Made by a program: the position numbers and the translations under genes
From: an uncultured Candidatus Saccharibacteria bacterium
GTDB taxonomy: Bacteria; Patescibacteriota; Andersenbacteria; UBA10190
Assembly (NCBI GenBank): GCA_964371255.1
Contig: CAYJKV010000006.1
Span: forward strand, 9,806-73,805
Direction: 5' to 3'
DNA length: 64,000 nucleotides
In this document: positions 27,801-37,811 of the stretch, piece after piece
Layout: each line of letters begins with the position of its first letter
Numbering within the stretch: the first letter of the stretch is position 1
Notes under the pieces: model-generated
Told to the model about the DNA's origin: nothing
The model's database searches: none
What the model saw: the letters and a program-made list of their open reading frames with translations, nothing else

Positions 27801-29558
27801 TTATAGGCTAACCTGAGATAGCTCCTGGCGTAAATCCTTAAACCTACCAAGCAGCTCACTCCTTTCTCCTTCCCCCTCAGCTGCCAACCTCTGCTGCATA
27901 ATTGCCAACTCACGTTCTAAATAATTCCGCTTCACCTTCCTCACCAGCACCATCACTTCTTTTTCAACGTCTACTTGCGACTGCTCTGCCAATTCCTCAC
28001 TCAAACGGCGCAGTCCCTCCGCTAATGAGACCTGCTCCTCCGGCACTTTTTCTATCAATTCATCTGCCGACCATTGAGCCGCTGCTTCATTTCCCTCCAC
28101 CAGCCTATGCAGTACGTTATACAACGCTTTTATGTTATCAACAAGTATGTATTCCTCCTTTACCTCTGTTAGGACCACGGGCCTCACGTTAGGCCAGGCT
28201 ATCACCATACCGATTAATTGCTGCTCCGGCGAGATTAAAACAGCTTTTTCCCCTCCTTGAGCTTTTTTTTCGAATGTTTCATACCCACCCTGCTTTACTG
28301 CCTGATCCAGCTTAGCAATAACCGTGTATTCCGGTACGTGCAGTATTTGAGCGATCTCCTGCACCATCTCTCCCAGATGCACCGGATTTGTCACTGCTTT
28401 GGCTATCGGCAACAACTCGTCCAAACAACCCGCGATGTCCGGACCATGACTTTTTTTTAGCCGATTCATTAAAGCCATTATTATCGACTGCGGCTTACTA
28501 ATTAACGCCAATAGCTGCTCCTTATCTGCCAAAGCCATATCGGCTGGATCAGCCTCCCCGGGTAAAAGCACCAAACCCACTTTCATCCCCGCCGTTAAGG
28601 CATCTAACGTCGCGGCGGTAGCCGCTTTAACACCAGCCGCGTCACCATCAAACAAAAAATGAATATCATTAGTTAAGCGGCTAATCTGCCGCAACGCCTC
28701 TGTTGTAAAAGCCGTACCCGAGCTAGCCACCACGTTCCTGACGCCGCTTTGTACCATCATCACCACGTCCATATATCCCTCCACCACAATGCATGGCTGT
28801 CGCTGGCGTAAATAATCCTTCGCCCTATTCAGGTTGTAAACCACTCGGCGCTTTTCATATAAGCTGCTTTCAGGTGAATTCACATATTTGCCTTCCTCGC
28901 CTGTTGCGTGCCATGGCACAATCCGGCCCCCAAACGCTACCACTCTATCCTGTATATCCTGAATTGGAAAAATGATCCGACCCCTAAATCGATCATACAA
29001 AGTTCCCCGGGAGTTTTCCCCCACCACCCCCGCCTCCAACATTTCCCTTGGACTAAAGCCTTTATGCCGTAAGAAATTCTGCAATGTATCCCAACTTTTT
29101 GGGGCATAACCAATACTAAATTGCTTGATCGTCTCCTCCTTGACACCCCGTTTCATTAAATACTCTTTGCTTTTATTTCCCACTTTCTGGTTTATTAAAA
29201 GTTCGTGATAAAACCGCGCCGTCCACTCCAATAATTCATAAAGCCGCTGCCTTTTATCACTGCTCCCTGGCGGTTGTTTCTTTAATTCCACTCCAGCCCT
29301 CGTCGCTAACATCTGCAACGCTTCCCGAAACTCCACTTGTTCAATCGCCTGGACGAAAGAGATCACGTCCCCGCCCTTATTACACCCAAAACAATGCCAT
29401 ATACCTTTGCTCGGGCTGACTATAAAAGACGGCGTTTTCTCCTGGTGAAACGGGCACAAACCCTTAAAATGCAGTCCGGCCTTTTTCAAGACCACCCGCT
29501 CCCCGACGATTTCCGCGATATCAAGCCGGTCTTTAATAATTTCCACTTCGTCACTCAT
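27801..29558 (-). CDS. dnaG: DNA primase
   Basis: CHC2 zinc finger (CPFHQEKTPSF...HCFGC), TOPRIM (EGYMDV...DGDAAG). Confidence 0.9.
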   Translation of the reverse strand: MSDEVEIIKDRLDIAEIVGERVVLKKAGLHFKGLCPFHQEKTPSFIVSPSKGIWHCFGCNKGGDVISFVQAIEQVEFREALQMLATRAGVELKKQPPGSSDKRQRLYELLEWTARFYHELLINQKVGNKSKEYLMKRGVKEETIKQFSIGYAPKSWDTLQNFLRHKGFSPREMLEAGVVGENSRGTLYDRFRGRIIFPIQDIQDRVVAFGGRIVPWHATGEEGKYVNSPESSLYEKRRVVYNLNRAKDYLRQRQPCIVVEGYMDVVMMVQSGVRNVVASSGTAFTTEALRQISRLTNDIHFLFDGDAAGVKAATAATLDALTAGMKVGLVLLPGEADPADMALADKEQLLALISKPQSIIMALMNRLKKSHGPDIAGCLDELLPIAKAVTNPVHLGEMVQEIAQILHVPEYTVIAKLDQAVKQGGYETFEKKAQGGEKAVLISPEQQLIGMVIAWPNVRPVVLTEVKEEYILVDNIKALYNVLHRLVEGNEAAAQWSADELIEKVPEEQVSLAEGLRRLSEELAEQSQVDVEKEVMVLVRKVKRNYLERELAIMQQRLAAEGEGERSELLGRFKDLRQELSQVSL

Positions 29559-29611
29559 CCTCTTCAGTATTCACACTTACCCCGTTATCTTCAACCTAAA
29601 ACGTCTTTTTC

Positions 29612-30193
29612 CTAATTTTTATTATATTGCTCGATAAAACCGCTTGGGTCTCGCCACCATTTAGTTCTCGTCCGCCATTCTTCCATTCGCTTGTATCCTG
29701 GCAAAACCACATCCCGCCACGGTCCAACATAAATTCCAAAATGCAGATGCGGCGTCTTCCACCAACCATTTTCCGGCGTTAACGCTCCAGCTACTACCCC
29801 CAACACCTGCCCACCCACCACCTGATCCCCCACGTTCACCCGTAAATCCTCTAAATGTCCATATAGTGAATAAAAATTACTAGTTTTGCCGTCACTATCT
29901 GGCAAAGCTTTGCTCACAACAGATGTAATTGGAGCTGGGGCTTTGTCACTGTGCGCCACTACAATTAATCCTCCCCAATTACGCTTCTTCTCGCTGCCCG
30001 CTCGCATCTCTGACCAAACTACCTCGCCATCGCCTATCGCTTTTACTTCTGTTCCCGCCGCTGCCTCCACATCGTCTCCTAAATGAGTTGCCCATAATAT
30101 AATTTTCCGCCGCACCCGCTCACGCCAACCATACCCCCCTATTTTATATGGTTCGATCGGCCAATATAATTTTTGCGGTTCGGGATAAGTCAT
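29612..30193 (-). CDS. M23 family peptidase
   Basis: GDGEVVW..., HLHFGIY M23 motifs. Confidence 0.75.
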   Translation of the reverse strand: MTYPEPQKLYWPIEPYKIGGYGWRERVRRKIILWATHLGDDVEAAAGTEVKAIGDGEVVWSEMRAGSEKKRNWGGLIVVAHSDKAPAPITSVVSKALPDSDGKTSNFYSLYGHLEDLRVNVGDQVVGGQVLGVVAGALTPENGWWKTPHLHFGIYVGPWRDVVLPGYKRMEEWRTRTKWWRDPSGFIEQYNKN

Positions 30194-30339
30194 GAATAAA
30201 AACTGAAAAGATTATTATTCCTTCTAGCATACGCCGCCCACCCTGACTTGAAAACAAAAGAAGGGCCTTTGTTCTTTGCCTTTTCTCGTCGTCGTTTCTG
30301 ATTCAATGATTTGGAATTTATAGTTTGTTTATCCTGAAA

Positions 30340-30400
30340 GGATCCCTTAGGGAGGATTTTCGGATTTATCCCTAAGGGACCCCATAGGGGGCCTTTCGTA
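30340..30400. promoter_or_regulatory. Paired hairpins (cccttaggg...ccctaaggg; cccc-ata-gggg) between the fpg stop and the M23 peptidase start
   Basis: Inverted repeats seen directly; likely terminator/attenuator or a protein-binding site. Confidence 0.35.
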
Positions 30401-30412
30401 TTTCTCCATTAC

Positions 30413-31273
30413 TTATTTCTGACACTGCGGACAATATACCGTGCCTCGCCCGCCCACTTTAATCCTTTTCAAAATTGTCCGACACCGGTAGCAAGGTTTT
30501 CCTCCGCGACCATACACCTTTAGTTTCTTTACGAACTTACCCTCGCCGCCTAAACCGTCCCGGTAACTGCTAAACGTCGTCCCCCGGGCTATAATCGATT
30601 TTTTCAGTACCGCCACAATGGACTTATGCAATTTTTCCGTCTCCTTAACCGATACCAGTTTTGCCCGGCGCGTGGGCTTAATCCCAGCCAAATAACACGC
30701 CTCATCCACATAGATGTTGCCCAGTCCGGCCACGCCCCGCTGGTCTAATAAAACATTTTTTACCGCTGTTGCGCGCCGCCGTAAAATCCCAGACAGCTTA
30801 TCGGCCGTAAAACTTTTCGTTAGCGGCTCCACCCCAAACCTAGCCATAGCAGTAACCAATTGTCGCTCATTAACCACCTGCATATACCCGAACTGCCGCA
30901 TGTCATTAAAAAATAGCTGCCCGCCATCGCTAAACGCAATTATGATATGCGAGTACTTATTAGGCAGCTCATCAAATTTAATCAGCGGACCACCATGACC
31001 GCCGCCTACCATCATCTTTTTATTCCGATAAATTAACTGGCCAGTCATTTTCATGTGCACCAGCAGCCACGCTCCACTGCTCATCGAAAATATTAGCAAT
31101 TTGCCTCGCCGCTTAATTTTCTGCACGACCTGTCCTTTTAATTTCTTCTTAAATAGCCCGACATCTCCTCGCACTATCTTAACCTTCGTTACCATAACTT
31201 CCTTAATCCGCCTGCCCCTTAGCAGGCGTTGCAGGTCCCGCCTCACCGTTTCTACTTCTGGCAACTCAGGCAT
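30413..31273 (-). CDS. mutM: Formamidopyrimidine-DNA glycosylase
   Basis: N-terminal MPELPEVE, H2TH, C-terminal zinc finger CYRCRT...CPQCQ. Confidence 0.9.
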   Translation of the reverse strand: MPELPEVETVRRDLQRLLRGRRIKEVMVTKVKIVRGDVGLFKKKLKGQVVQKIKRRGKLLIFSMSSGAWLLVHMKMTGQLIYRNKKMMVGGGHGGPLIKFDELPNKYSHIIIAFSDGGQLFFNDMRQFGYMQVVNERQLVTAMARFGVEPLTKSFTADKLSGILRRRATAVKNVLLDQRGVAGLGNIYVDEACYLAGIKPTRRAKLVSVKETEKLHKSIVAVLKKSIIARGTTFSSYRDGLGGEGKFVKKLKVYGRGGKPCYRCRTILKRIKVGGRGTVYCPQCQK

Positions 31274-31454
31274 AGTAATATCTTCCTTCTTTCAATCTTG
31301 TAAACACAGATAAAAGTTAATCATTCCCCACTATACGAGAAACCGTTCCTGTCGTCCAACCATAATCCATATTTTCTCCTTGGTTAATTAATGCCATTCA
31401 ACCCCTGAGCACCCGCCATGTGAGTTCAACTAATTGTGATATAAACTAAGGAGT

Positions 31455-31805
31455 ATGCAGCTCACTGTGGTCGAAAAAATTGTGATCGGTATTAATATAT
31501 TTTTACTGTTCGTTCTGTTCCTGATTCTCACTGCCCATTACCTAGTTGTTCAGAGCGGGATCGATCTTCGCAGCCGTCTTTCCTTATCCTCTAATATGGC
31601 CGCCCCCTCACCTGTTCCCGACATTGATAATTCCCGCGAGGCACCCAACTTCAATACTGACTTATCAGTTGTCGTACCTCAACCAACTAACAACGAAGAA
31701 GTTAGCGCTGATCAACCAAGACGACCATGGGTCGGGTGGGCTATTGTTATTACTAGCAGCCTCCTCCTTATCGCCGGCATAGCTCTAAAGTTTATTCGCT
31801 CATAA
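31455..31805 (+). CDS. Small membrane protein (2 TM)
   Basis: Hydrophobic N- and C-terminal helices; lies upstream of the pilin gene. Confidence 0.4.
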   Translation: MQLTVVEKIVIGINIFLLFVLFLILTAHYLVVQSGIDLRSRLSLSSNMAAPSPVPDIDNSREAPNFNTDLSVVVPQPTNNEEVSADQPRRPWVGWAIVITSSLLLIAGIALKFIRS

Positions 31806-31807
31806 AT

Positions 31808-32551
31808 ATGCCTTCACCTTCTAATCACCAAACTGGCTTCACTCTTATTGAACTCCTGGTTGTGATTGGCATTATCGGAAATATTGCCGGTATGGTGCTG
31901 GTCGCCTCCAGCGGTGTTCGGGAAAGAGCCCATCTTGCTTCTTTGCTCAGTTATAGCAGCGGCGTTAAGCACCAGCTACTCACTGAATGTGGCGGATTAT
32001 GGGAGTTGGACGAAGGCAGCGGTACTACCGCTGCCGATAGCTGTCGTAGCAACACCGCCACCTTATACAATGGACCGGACTGGGTCGAGGGTACCAACAA
32101 CACCTACGGCCTACAATTTGACGGCTCTACTGAATACCTGAGGGTTACCAACGTACCCGCTTATGATCGGACTGTCGGTTTTACCATTGACGCTTATGTT
32201 TATCCTCACGCCACCTCAGATCATGATATTTTTTTCAGTGGCGGCCTACCCTACGTTTCTCGCTACGGTAGCCGCTTTTATTTCTCTTGGCGCGACGCCA
32301 CCGGCAACCAGCGGGCCGTTGCTCAACCCGTCGGATCCATATCCGCGAACCAATGGTACCACGTACTGGCTACTCATAATGGCACAGCGGCTCGTCTATA
32401 CGTAGACGGCGATCTGGTAGCGAGTAATACGTCCACCTCTCTTTCTGCTTCCATACCTTCCACCTATTATATTGGTCGTCATACCAGTGCCTACTACTTC
32501 GATGGTGTAATCGACGCCGTCCATATTTTCAACGCTCCCCATATTCAATAA
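31808..32551 (+). CDS. Type IV pilin-like protein (prepilin N-terminal methylation motif) with LamG/concanavalin-like domain
   Basis: GFTLIELLVVIGIIG class III signal; C-terminal LamG-like beta-sandwich pattern. Confidence 0.7.
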   Translation: MPSPSNHQTGFTLIELLVVIGIIGNIAGMVLVASSGVRERAHLASLLSYSSGVKHQLLTECGGLWELDEGSGTTAADSCRSNTATLYNGPDWVEGTNNTYGLQFDGSTEYLRVTNVPAYDRTVGFTIDAYVYPHATSDHDIFFSGGLPYVSRYGSRFYFSWRDATGNQRAVAQPVGSISANQWYHVLATHNGTAARLYVDGDLVASNTSTSLSASIPSTYYIGRHTSAYYFDGVIDAVHIFNAPHIQ

Positions 32552-32612
32552 GGACGTGTAAACAATTTGCCTTGATCCCTTATGCCTTTACTATTCATGG
32601 ACAAATTGATCT

Positions 32613-32951
32613 ATGAAAATTGCCTGGGACGCAGCAAACGAGATCGGCAGCAAATCAATAAATGTACAACATCAGTGCTTCTTTGACATGATCAATATTT
32701 TTTTCGCTGCATACATAAAAGAGGAGCAATTTTGTGCAAAATTGGGGTATCCCGCCATTGGCAAGCAAACTAAAGCCCACCAACAATACCAGCGGGAAAT
32801 TTCTGACCTTATGCGTCAAAGGCACAACTCCCGTTCCGCCACAGAACGCTTAGCCGAAGAGGTTGCGAACTCTTCCGTCAGCTGGTTGACTCATCACATC
32901 CTCAGGCTTGGACCGGCAATGCGAGATTTGTTCCACCAACTCAACAGATAA
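32613..32951 (+). CDS. Hemerythrin-like metal-binding domain protein
   Basis: N-terminus W..A.EIG...I..QHQ.FF.MIN matches the hemerythrin HHE pattern (W...SVG...ID.QH..LF.LIN). Confidence 0.45.
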   Translation: MKIAWDAANEIGSKSINVQHQCFFDMINIFFAAYIKEEQFCAKLGYPAIGKQTKAHQQYQREISDLMRQRHNSRSATERLAEEVANSSVSWLTHHILRLGPAMRDLFHQLNR

Positions 32952-33271
32952 AGCGCAGCCACTACTAAAGCCGGGCCCGATATGCCGACATACCAACTCC
33001 ATGGCCGGCTCAACCCCACCATCCATACATAAGCGGCCGCGGCTGCCGCAAAGAAAACTGCCCCCACCAAATCGTACTTCCATGCCACCATGACGACTAA
33101 CAATAGTACGAACGATGGCAGTAGGTGTATCATCAGGGGCAAGATTGCTTCCCATCCTCTATACTGCTCAAAAATATCCGCGGCAAAAAGCGACAAGAAG
33201 GCAATGAAAAGTAGCGACGCAACTCTTGGGGCCCAATAAATAGTTTTGTCTAATGCTCTGTTTATTTTCAT
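32894..33271 (-). CDS. Membrane protein (4 TM), unknown
   Basis: Hydrophobic; overlaps the 3' end of the hemerythrin-like ORF by ~58 nt, so one of the two calls may be wrong. Confidence 0.35.
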   Translation of the reverse strand: MKINRALDKTIYWAPRVASLLFIAFLSLFAADIFEQYRGWEAILPLMIHLLPSFVLLLVVMVAWKYDLVGAVFFAAAAAAYVWMVGLSRPWSWYVGISGPALVVAALYLLSWWNKSRIAGPSLRM

Positions 33272-33347
33272 ATAATTATTCTGCTATCAATAAATACACT
33301 CTTTATTCTTTTTCTGACAAATTCTTCTCTACCTCTCCCTCGTTCTA

Positions 33348-34430
33348 CTACAAAACTTTATTCTTTTCCCGATCAATCCAAGCTTTAACTTCAGCTGGGG
33401 CCCGCGCTAATAATATTTCCGTCCAGAGATACGCCAACATAGACTCCGCCCCCCGGTGATCATTGATCCCTAGATCAAATAAACCATCATACGACGCACC
33501 CGCCTCGGTATCCGCTAAAACAACATGGCCGGTATTACACCCAAAGAACCAGAGGTAAGGCGCGGCCACTTCTGCGACCGACACTCGCTCCGGAAAATAT
33601 CTCCGATATTCCAGCAGAAAATCAAACATCAAACCCGCCTCAATCGGCTGCTGGTTATTAGTCGCCGGCCGGCCGCCTTTCGCATACCATCCATCGCTGC
33701 CAATGGGGATAAACATATTCTCACGGATAGTTGCGGCTATTAAAAACCTGGCACTTGCTTCTAATATATTATCCTGTATTTTTTTATCCGCTTCCTTTGT
33801 TAAAGCCACTAGTGCGTGGGGGAATAAGGCGTTGGCATAAGTCATTACCGGCTCAAACCACTGCCACGATTGCTCAACATTTTTCTGCCACAAAGCCGCT
33901 AAAGCCTGATAGCCCTTATCCTGCCAACCTGCCAGACACGGTGGAACTTTATCCGCTGCAGTTAACTTGGCTAATGCCACCAATGTTTCTGCGATCGCTC
34001 GCGGTGCAGTTAGGCTTTTTATTCGCCCCTCAAGCTCTTCTAACTTTTGCGCCGCCTCTTGGCGTCGCCCATCATCTTCGTCATGAATAATCAGTTCAAC
34101 TAGACATCTAATAACCCGGGCGTACATGTCTTCTGATTCAGGTTTTCTCGGCAGCCATCGACCATTGGCCTCGCGAAAGTTTATAAAACTGCCAGGCGCT
34201 TGCTCCGCCTCCTTAAGAAATCGCCAGCACTTTTCTAAAAACAACCGGGCATCTTTCCGCTGCGCTCCAGCTAAAAAAGGTATTAAGCGCACTAATACTT
34301 GAACCGCCCGTGCGTTGTCATCAGTACAATATCCTTCCGACAATATCGGATTATTAGTATCAGCATGTTGGTATAATCCATACGCTCCCATCAACCGGCG
34401 GAAATGCTGTAACGATAAATGAGCTTGCAT
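33348..34430 (-). CDS. Hypothetical protein, possibly an (alpha/alpha)6-type glycoside hydrolase-like enzyme
   Basis: Helix-rich 360-aa protein with acidic residues and an aromatic-rich C-terminus; placed in a glycan-enzyme cluster; no firm motif. Confidence 0.35.
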   Translation of the reverse strand: MQAHLSLQHFRRLMGAYGLYQHADTNNPILSEGYCTDDNARAVQVLVRLIPFLAGAQRKDARLFLEKCWRFLKEAEQAPGSFINFREANGRWLPRKPESEDMYARVIRCLVELIIHDEDDGRRQEAAQKLEELEGRIKSLTAPRAIAETLVALAKLTAADKVPPCLAGWQDKGYQALAALWQKNVEQSWQWFEPVMTYANALFPHALVALTKEADKKIQDNILEASARFLIAATIRENMFIPIGSDGWYAKGGRPATNNQQPIEAGLMFDFLLEYRRYFPERVSVAEVAAPYLWFFGCNTGHVVLADTEAGASYDGLFDLGINDHRGAESMLAYLWTEILLARAPAEVKAWIDREKNKVL

Positions 34431-34495
34431 AATACTGACAGTTATGGTAGATATAATTAGTTATATTGTCAAGCTAGTCAATTGTAGATTTTCAC

Positions 34496-35746
34496 ATGCG
34501 CAGCATACAAAACATACTTACCCGTCAACAGCAACCAATCAATGCCATTTATGTATCCTCATACATCCCGCGCAAGTGTGGTATCGCCACTTACACCAAA
34601 GACTTAACCAACGCGATCAATCTCATCAACTCTCATTCCTTGGCCGAACTCATGGTGGTGACTCCTGCTCACAACCACGAACCGCTTGATTATCCTTGGG
34701 AAGCAAAATTTAAAATTGGACGAGACGATCTGCCGGATTACGTATCCGCTGCTGAATATGTCAACTCATCGCATGCTGATTTAGTTGTCTTGGAACATGA
34801 ATTTGGTTTGTTTGGTGGCGAAGCTGGCGAGTATATTGTTCACTTTGCTGAAGCCCTTAACAAACCACTTATCACTACCTTTCACACTGTTCCTGCCAAA
34901 TATACCAGCGTTATGGCTAAGGTCCTTCGTCGATTAGGTAAAAAATCTCGAGCCATCACTGTCATGATGGACAACGTGGCCAACGAACTCATTAACCACT
35001 ATCACATACCATCCCGAAAAGTAGTGATTATTCCGCATGGCGTACCTGATTTACCTTTCAATTCGACCGAGAAGTACAAAGCAAAAAGACGGCTCAGCGA
35101 CCGGATAGTATTAGGCAACATCAATCTCCTTCATCACAACAAGGGCATCGAGTATGCCCTGGAAGCTGTCGCCTTAATTGCCAAGCGCCATCCGGAAGTG
35201 CTGTATGTCTGCATCGGCCAAACCCATCCTGACGTTCTGCGGCAAGAAGGAGAGACTTATCGTAACTTTCTGAAAAAACGCGTCCGTGAATTGAACATCA
35301 AGAAAAATGTCCTGTTTATTAATAAATATTTATCCCTTAAAGACTTAACTGAATGGCTTAAGCTGATTGATATTTATATCACCCCCTACCTTGACCCCCA
35401 GCAAATTACATCCGGTGCTTTAGCTTATGCCCTTGGTGCTGGCAAAGCCTGTGTCTCAACCCCATACTTATATGCCAAGGAAGTTTTAGCCGATGAACGA
35501 GGTATCCTGGTGCCCTGGCGGGATCCGTCAGCCTTAGCTAAAACCGTCACGGACCTCTTGGCCGACCCAAATAGAAAACACAATATTGAAAAACGTGCCT
35601 ATCAATATGGTCGTCTCATGACTTGGTCTCATGTCGGCAGTCAACACCTGAATCTTTTCCGCACCGTCATGGCTAGAACACCAGCTATCCAGCCAATAAC
35701 CGCCGATACACCTCAAGATAACCCTCAACCATCTGTGCCACGGTAA
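34496..35746 (+). CDS. Glycosyltransferase family 4 (GT-B)
   Basis: GT4 C-terminal pattern; N-terminal I.YVSSY.P.KCGIATYTKDL typical of GT4 mannosyl/glucosyl transferases. Confidence 0.7.
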   Translation: MRSIQNILTRQQQPINAIYVSSYIPRKCGIATYTKDLTNAINLINSHSLAELMVVTPAHNHEPLDYPWEAKFKIGRDDLPDYVSAAEYVNSSHADLVVLEHEFGLFGGEAGEYIVHFAEALNKPLITTFHTVPAKYTSVMAKVLRRLGKKSRAITVMMDNVANELINHYHIPSRKVVIIPHGVPDLPFNSTEKYKAKRRLSDRIVLGNINLLHHNKGIEYALEAVALIAKRHPEVLYVCIGQTHPDVLRQEGETYRNFLKKRVRELNIKKNVLFINKYLSLKDLTEWLKLIDIYITPYLDPQQITSGALAYALGAGKACVSTPYLYAKEVLADERGILVPWRDPSALAKTVTDLLADPNRKHNIEKRAYQYGRLMTWSHVGSQHLNLFRTVMARTPAIQPITADTPQDNPQPSVPR

Positions 35747-36692
35747 AATTGTTCTGCACGTGCGAACGACAAGCGTTACGATCAATATTATCGATTTTCC
35801 TTACTGCCTGCACCGCTTCTTCTAATGAATGAACTAAAAATCCAGTCGTTTTATCTTTTATAATCTCCGACATACTACCCCGCTCGATGGCGATCACCGG
35901 TGTACCGCAAGCCATCGCCTCCACGGGCGACAAGCCAAACGGTTCATCGAAATTAATTAAATGCAGTAAAGCTAAAGCCTCCCCTAGCAGCTTGTCCCGT
36001 TTTTTCGGACCAACATTACCCACATACGTGACATTTTTGTCATCAATAAACGGCCTGATCTCCTGCTCAAAATATTCTTTTTCCGGTGTAATGCCTGCCA
36101 TCACTAACGGTAAATTGGTTTGTTTAGCAACCTCAATTGCTTCTCTCGCTCCCTTATCCCGGCTGATTCGCCCGAAAAAAAGCAGGTACTTGCCAGGGTC
36201 TGTTCTTAAGGAAAACTGCTCCAAATTAATGCCGTGGTATACCGTGGCAGCATATTTTAACTCCGGCCGCCGGTCCGCATTGCTAATCGAGACATATGCT
36301 ACCCGATCATTATATTTCTGATACGCCGGCAATAAGTCGGCCGAAGAAAAACCATGAATTGTAGTTACTATCGGCACCGCTACCAGGCGGCTGTAAGTTA
36401 ATGGCTGCCAATCGTAATGGCTATGAATCAAATCAAATTCACTGGCATGTTCAAACACTTCCGCCATGTGCAATGTTTCCCAAACCCGTGCCGCCAGCGT
36501 GCGGCCTTCGCCCACCGTGTCAGCGATCGCGTGGAGCCGGCCACCCGTCACCGAATCGCGGCTGGCAAAAAGAGTCACCTCCACTCCCTTTTTTACTAAA
36601 CCCTCTGTAATTAAGGAGGCAACTAATTCCCAAGGCCCATAGTGCTCGGGCGGAGTGCGCCAATGTATCGGCGCCAACATCGCTACTCGCAT
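35685..36692 (-). CDS. Glycosyltransferase family 4 (GT-B)
   Basis: E-x7-E region EPFGLSPVEAMACGTPVIA. Confidence 0.8.
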   Translation of the reverse strand: MRVAMLAPIHWRTPPEHYGPWELVASLITEGLVKKGVEVTLFASRDSVTGGRLHAIADTVGEGRTLAARVWETLHMAEVFEHASEFDLIHSHYDWQPLTYSRLVAVPIVTTIHGFSSADLLPAYQKYNDRVAYVSISNADRRPELKYAATVYHGINLEQFSLRTDPGKYLLFFGRISRDKGAREAIEVAKQTNLPLVMAGITPEKEYFEQEIRPFIDDKNVTYVGNVGPKKRDKLLGEALALLHLINFDEPFGLSPVEAMACGTPVIAIERGSMSEIIKDKTTGFLVHSLEEAVQAVRKIDNIDRNACRSHVQNNFTVAQMVEGYLEVYRRLLAG

Positions 36693-36693
36693 C

Positions 36694-37680
36694 TCACCAA
36701 ATCTCTTTTAATGGTAATACTGCCCGCCCTGTTACATAATCCGCTGCGCCATAATATATCCACAACTCATCGTTCTTAATTAAGGCTCCACAGGAATACA
36801 CCACATTGGGCACAAAGCCTTCCTTCTCCCATAGCGTCTCGGGCTCAAGAATGGGACTCGAATACCACTTTAACCGCGTCGGAAACCGTCGATCCAGCAA
36901 CATTAATCCCAACCGGTAATGTGCCAACTGATCAACCGCGTGATAGACCAGCAAATACCCTTGCTCACAAATGATCGGCTGTGAACTTATACCTACCTTG
37001 TTTGACTGCCACACTTCAGGCACCGGCCAGGTAATGGTTTGCGTATCAAACCAACTCATAAAGTCATGTGTAAATGACAGTTTTAGTTGGTTGTGCTCCC
37101 GGTAATATAAACCAAAAGCTCCGTTGATCTTTTCTGGCAGCAAACAGCCATTTTTTGCCGGCACTTCCGGCAAAATTACATCGTGTCGTATAAAACTTTT
37201 AAAATCCTTAGTGGTGTGCATCGCTATTCGCACGCGCCAGGGGATATAATCCATCACTCCGCTAATATCAGACACTGTCCCTATCGCGTGATAAGCTGCC
37301 GCCGTATGGATAATATAGTAAGTGCCATCAATCTCGGTGATACGTGGATCCTCTATACCAAGCCGCTCATCCATGTCCGTCGGGTCCGTGTCAATCGCCG
37401 GTAATTCATACCTCGTAAAGTGAACACCGTCATCGCTCTTCGCCAAGCCAAATCGCGAAATTCTAAATTGATCATAAGCGCGATAAAGCAATACAATTTC
37501 ATTCTGATATTGCGCCACCCCCGGATTGAAAGTCCCCTTCTTCTCCCACCAATATTGATCGCCTTGGCGCGGTGTAATAATTGGTTCGTCTGGCATACGC
37601 TGTGCTTTTGGCAGTACCCGGTAAGCCGCCCCTGCTTTTGCCTGTTTTTTTTCTTCTGGTGATACTGGATCGCTTGTCAT
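36694..37680 (-). CDS. GH130-like glycoside hydrolase/phosphorylase (5-bladed beta-propeller)
   Basis: EDPRITEIDGTYYIIHTA motif; size ~330 aa. Confidence 0.6.
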   Translation of the reverse strand: MTSDPVSPEEKKQAKAGAAYRVLPKAQRMPDEPIITPRQGDQYWWEKKGTFNPGVAQYQNEIVLLYRAYDQFRISRFGLAKSDDGVHFTRYELPAIDTDPTDMDERLGIEDPRITEIDGTYYIIHTAAAYHAIGTVSDISGVMDYIPWRVRIAMHTTKDFKSFIRHDVILPEVPAKNGCLLPEKINGAFGLYYREHNQLKLSFTHDFMSWFDTQTITWPVPEVWQSNKVGISSQPIICEQGYLLVYHAVDQLAHYRLGLMLLDRRFPTRLKWYSSPILEPETLWEKEGFVPNVVYSCGALIKNDELWIYYGAADYVTGRAVLPLKEIW

Positions 37681-37811
37681 TACCTCATATTATCAATCCC
37701 CGGACACTTAGCAACTAAAAAATCATATTTTTCAGCGCCTCTGCCCTATTCATCAGTTTCTCTCCTGCCGTCTTCGGCCTTATCCCAACCGGTAAACCTC
37801 AAGAAACAGCA

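Noticed and set aside
30340-30400. Possible small RNA or mobile-element end at the palindromic cluster between fpg and the M23 peptidase
   Set aside because: Short, not repeated elsewhere in the window. More simply a bidirectional terminator or attenuator. Kept only as a low-confidence regulatory feature.
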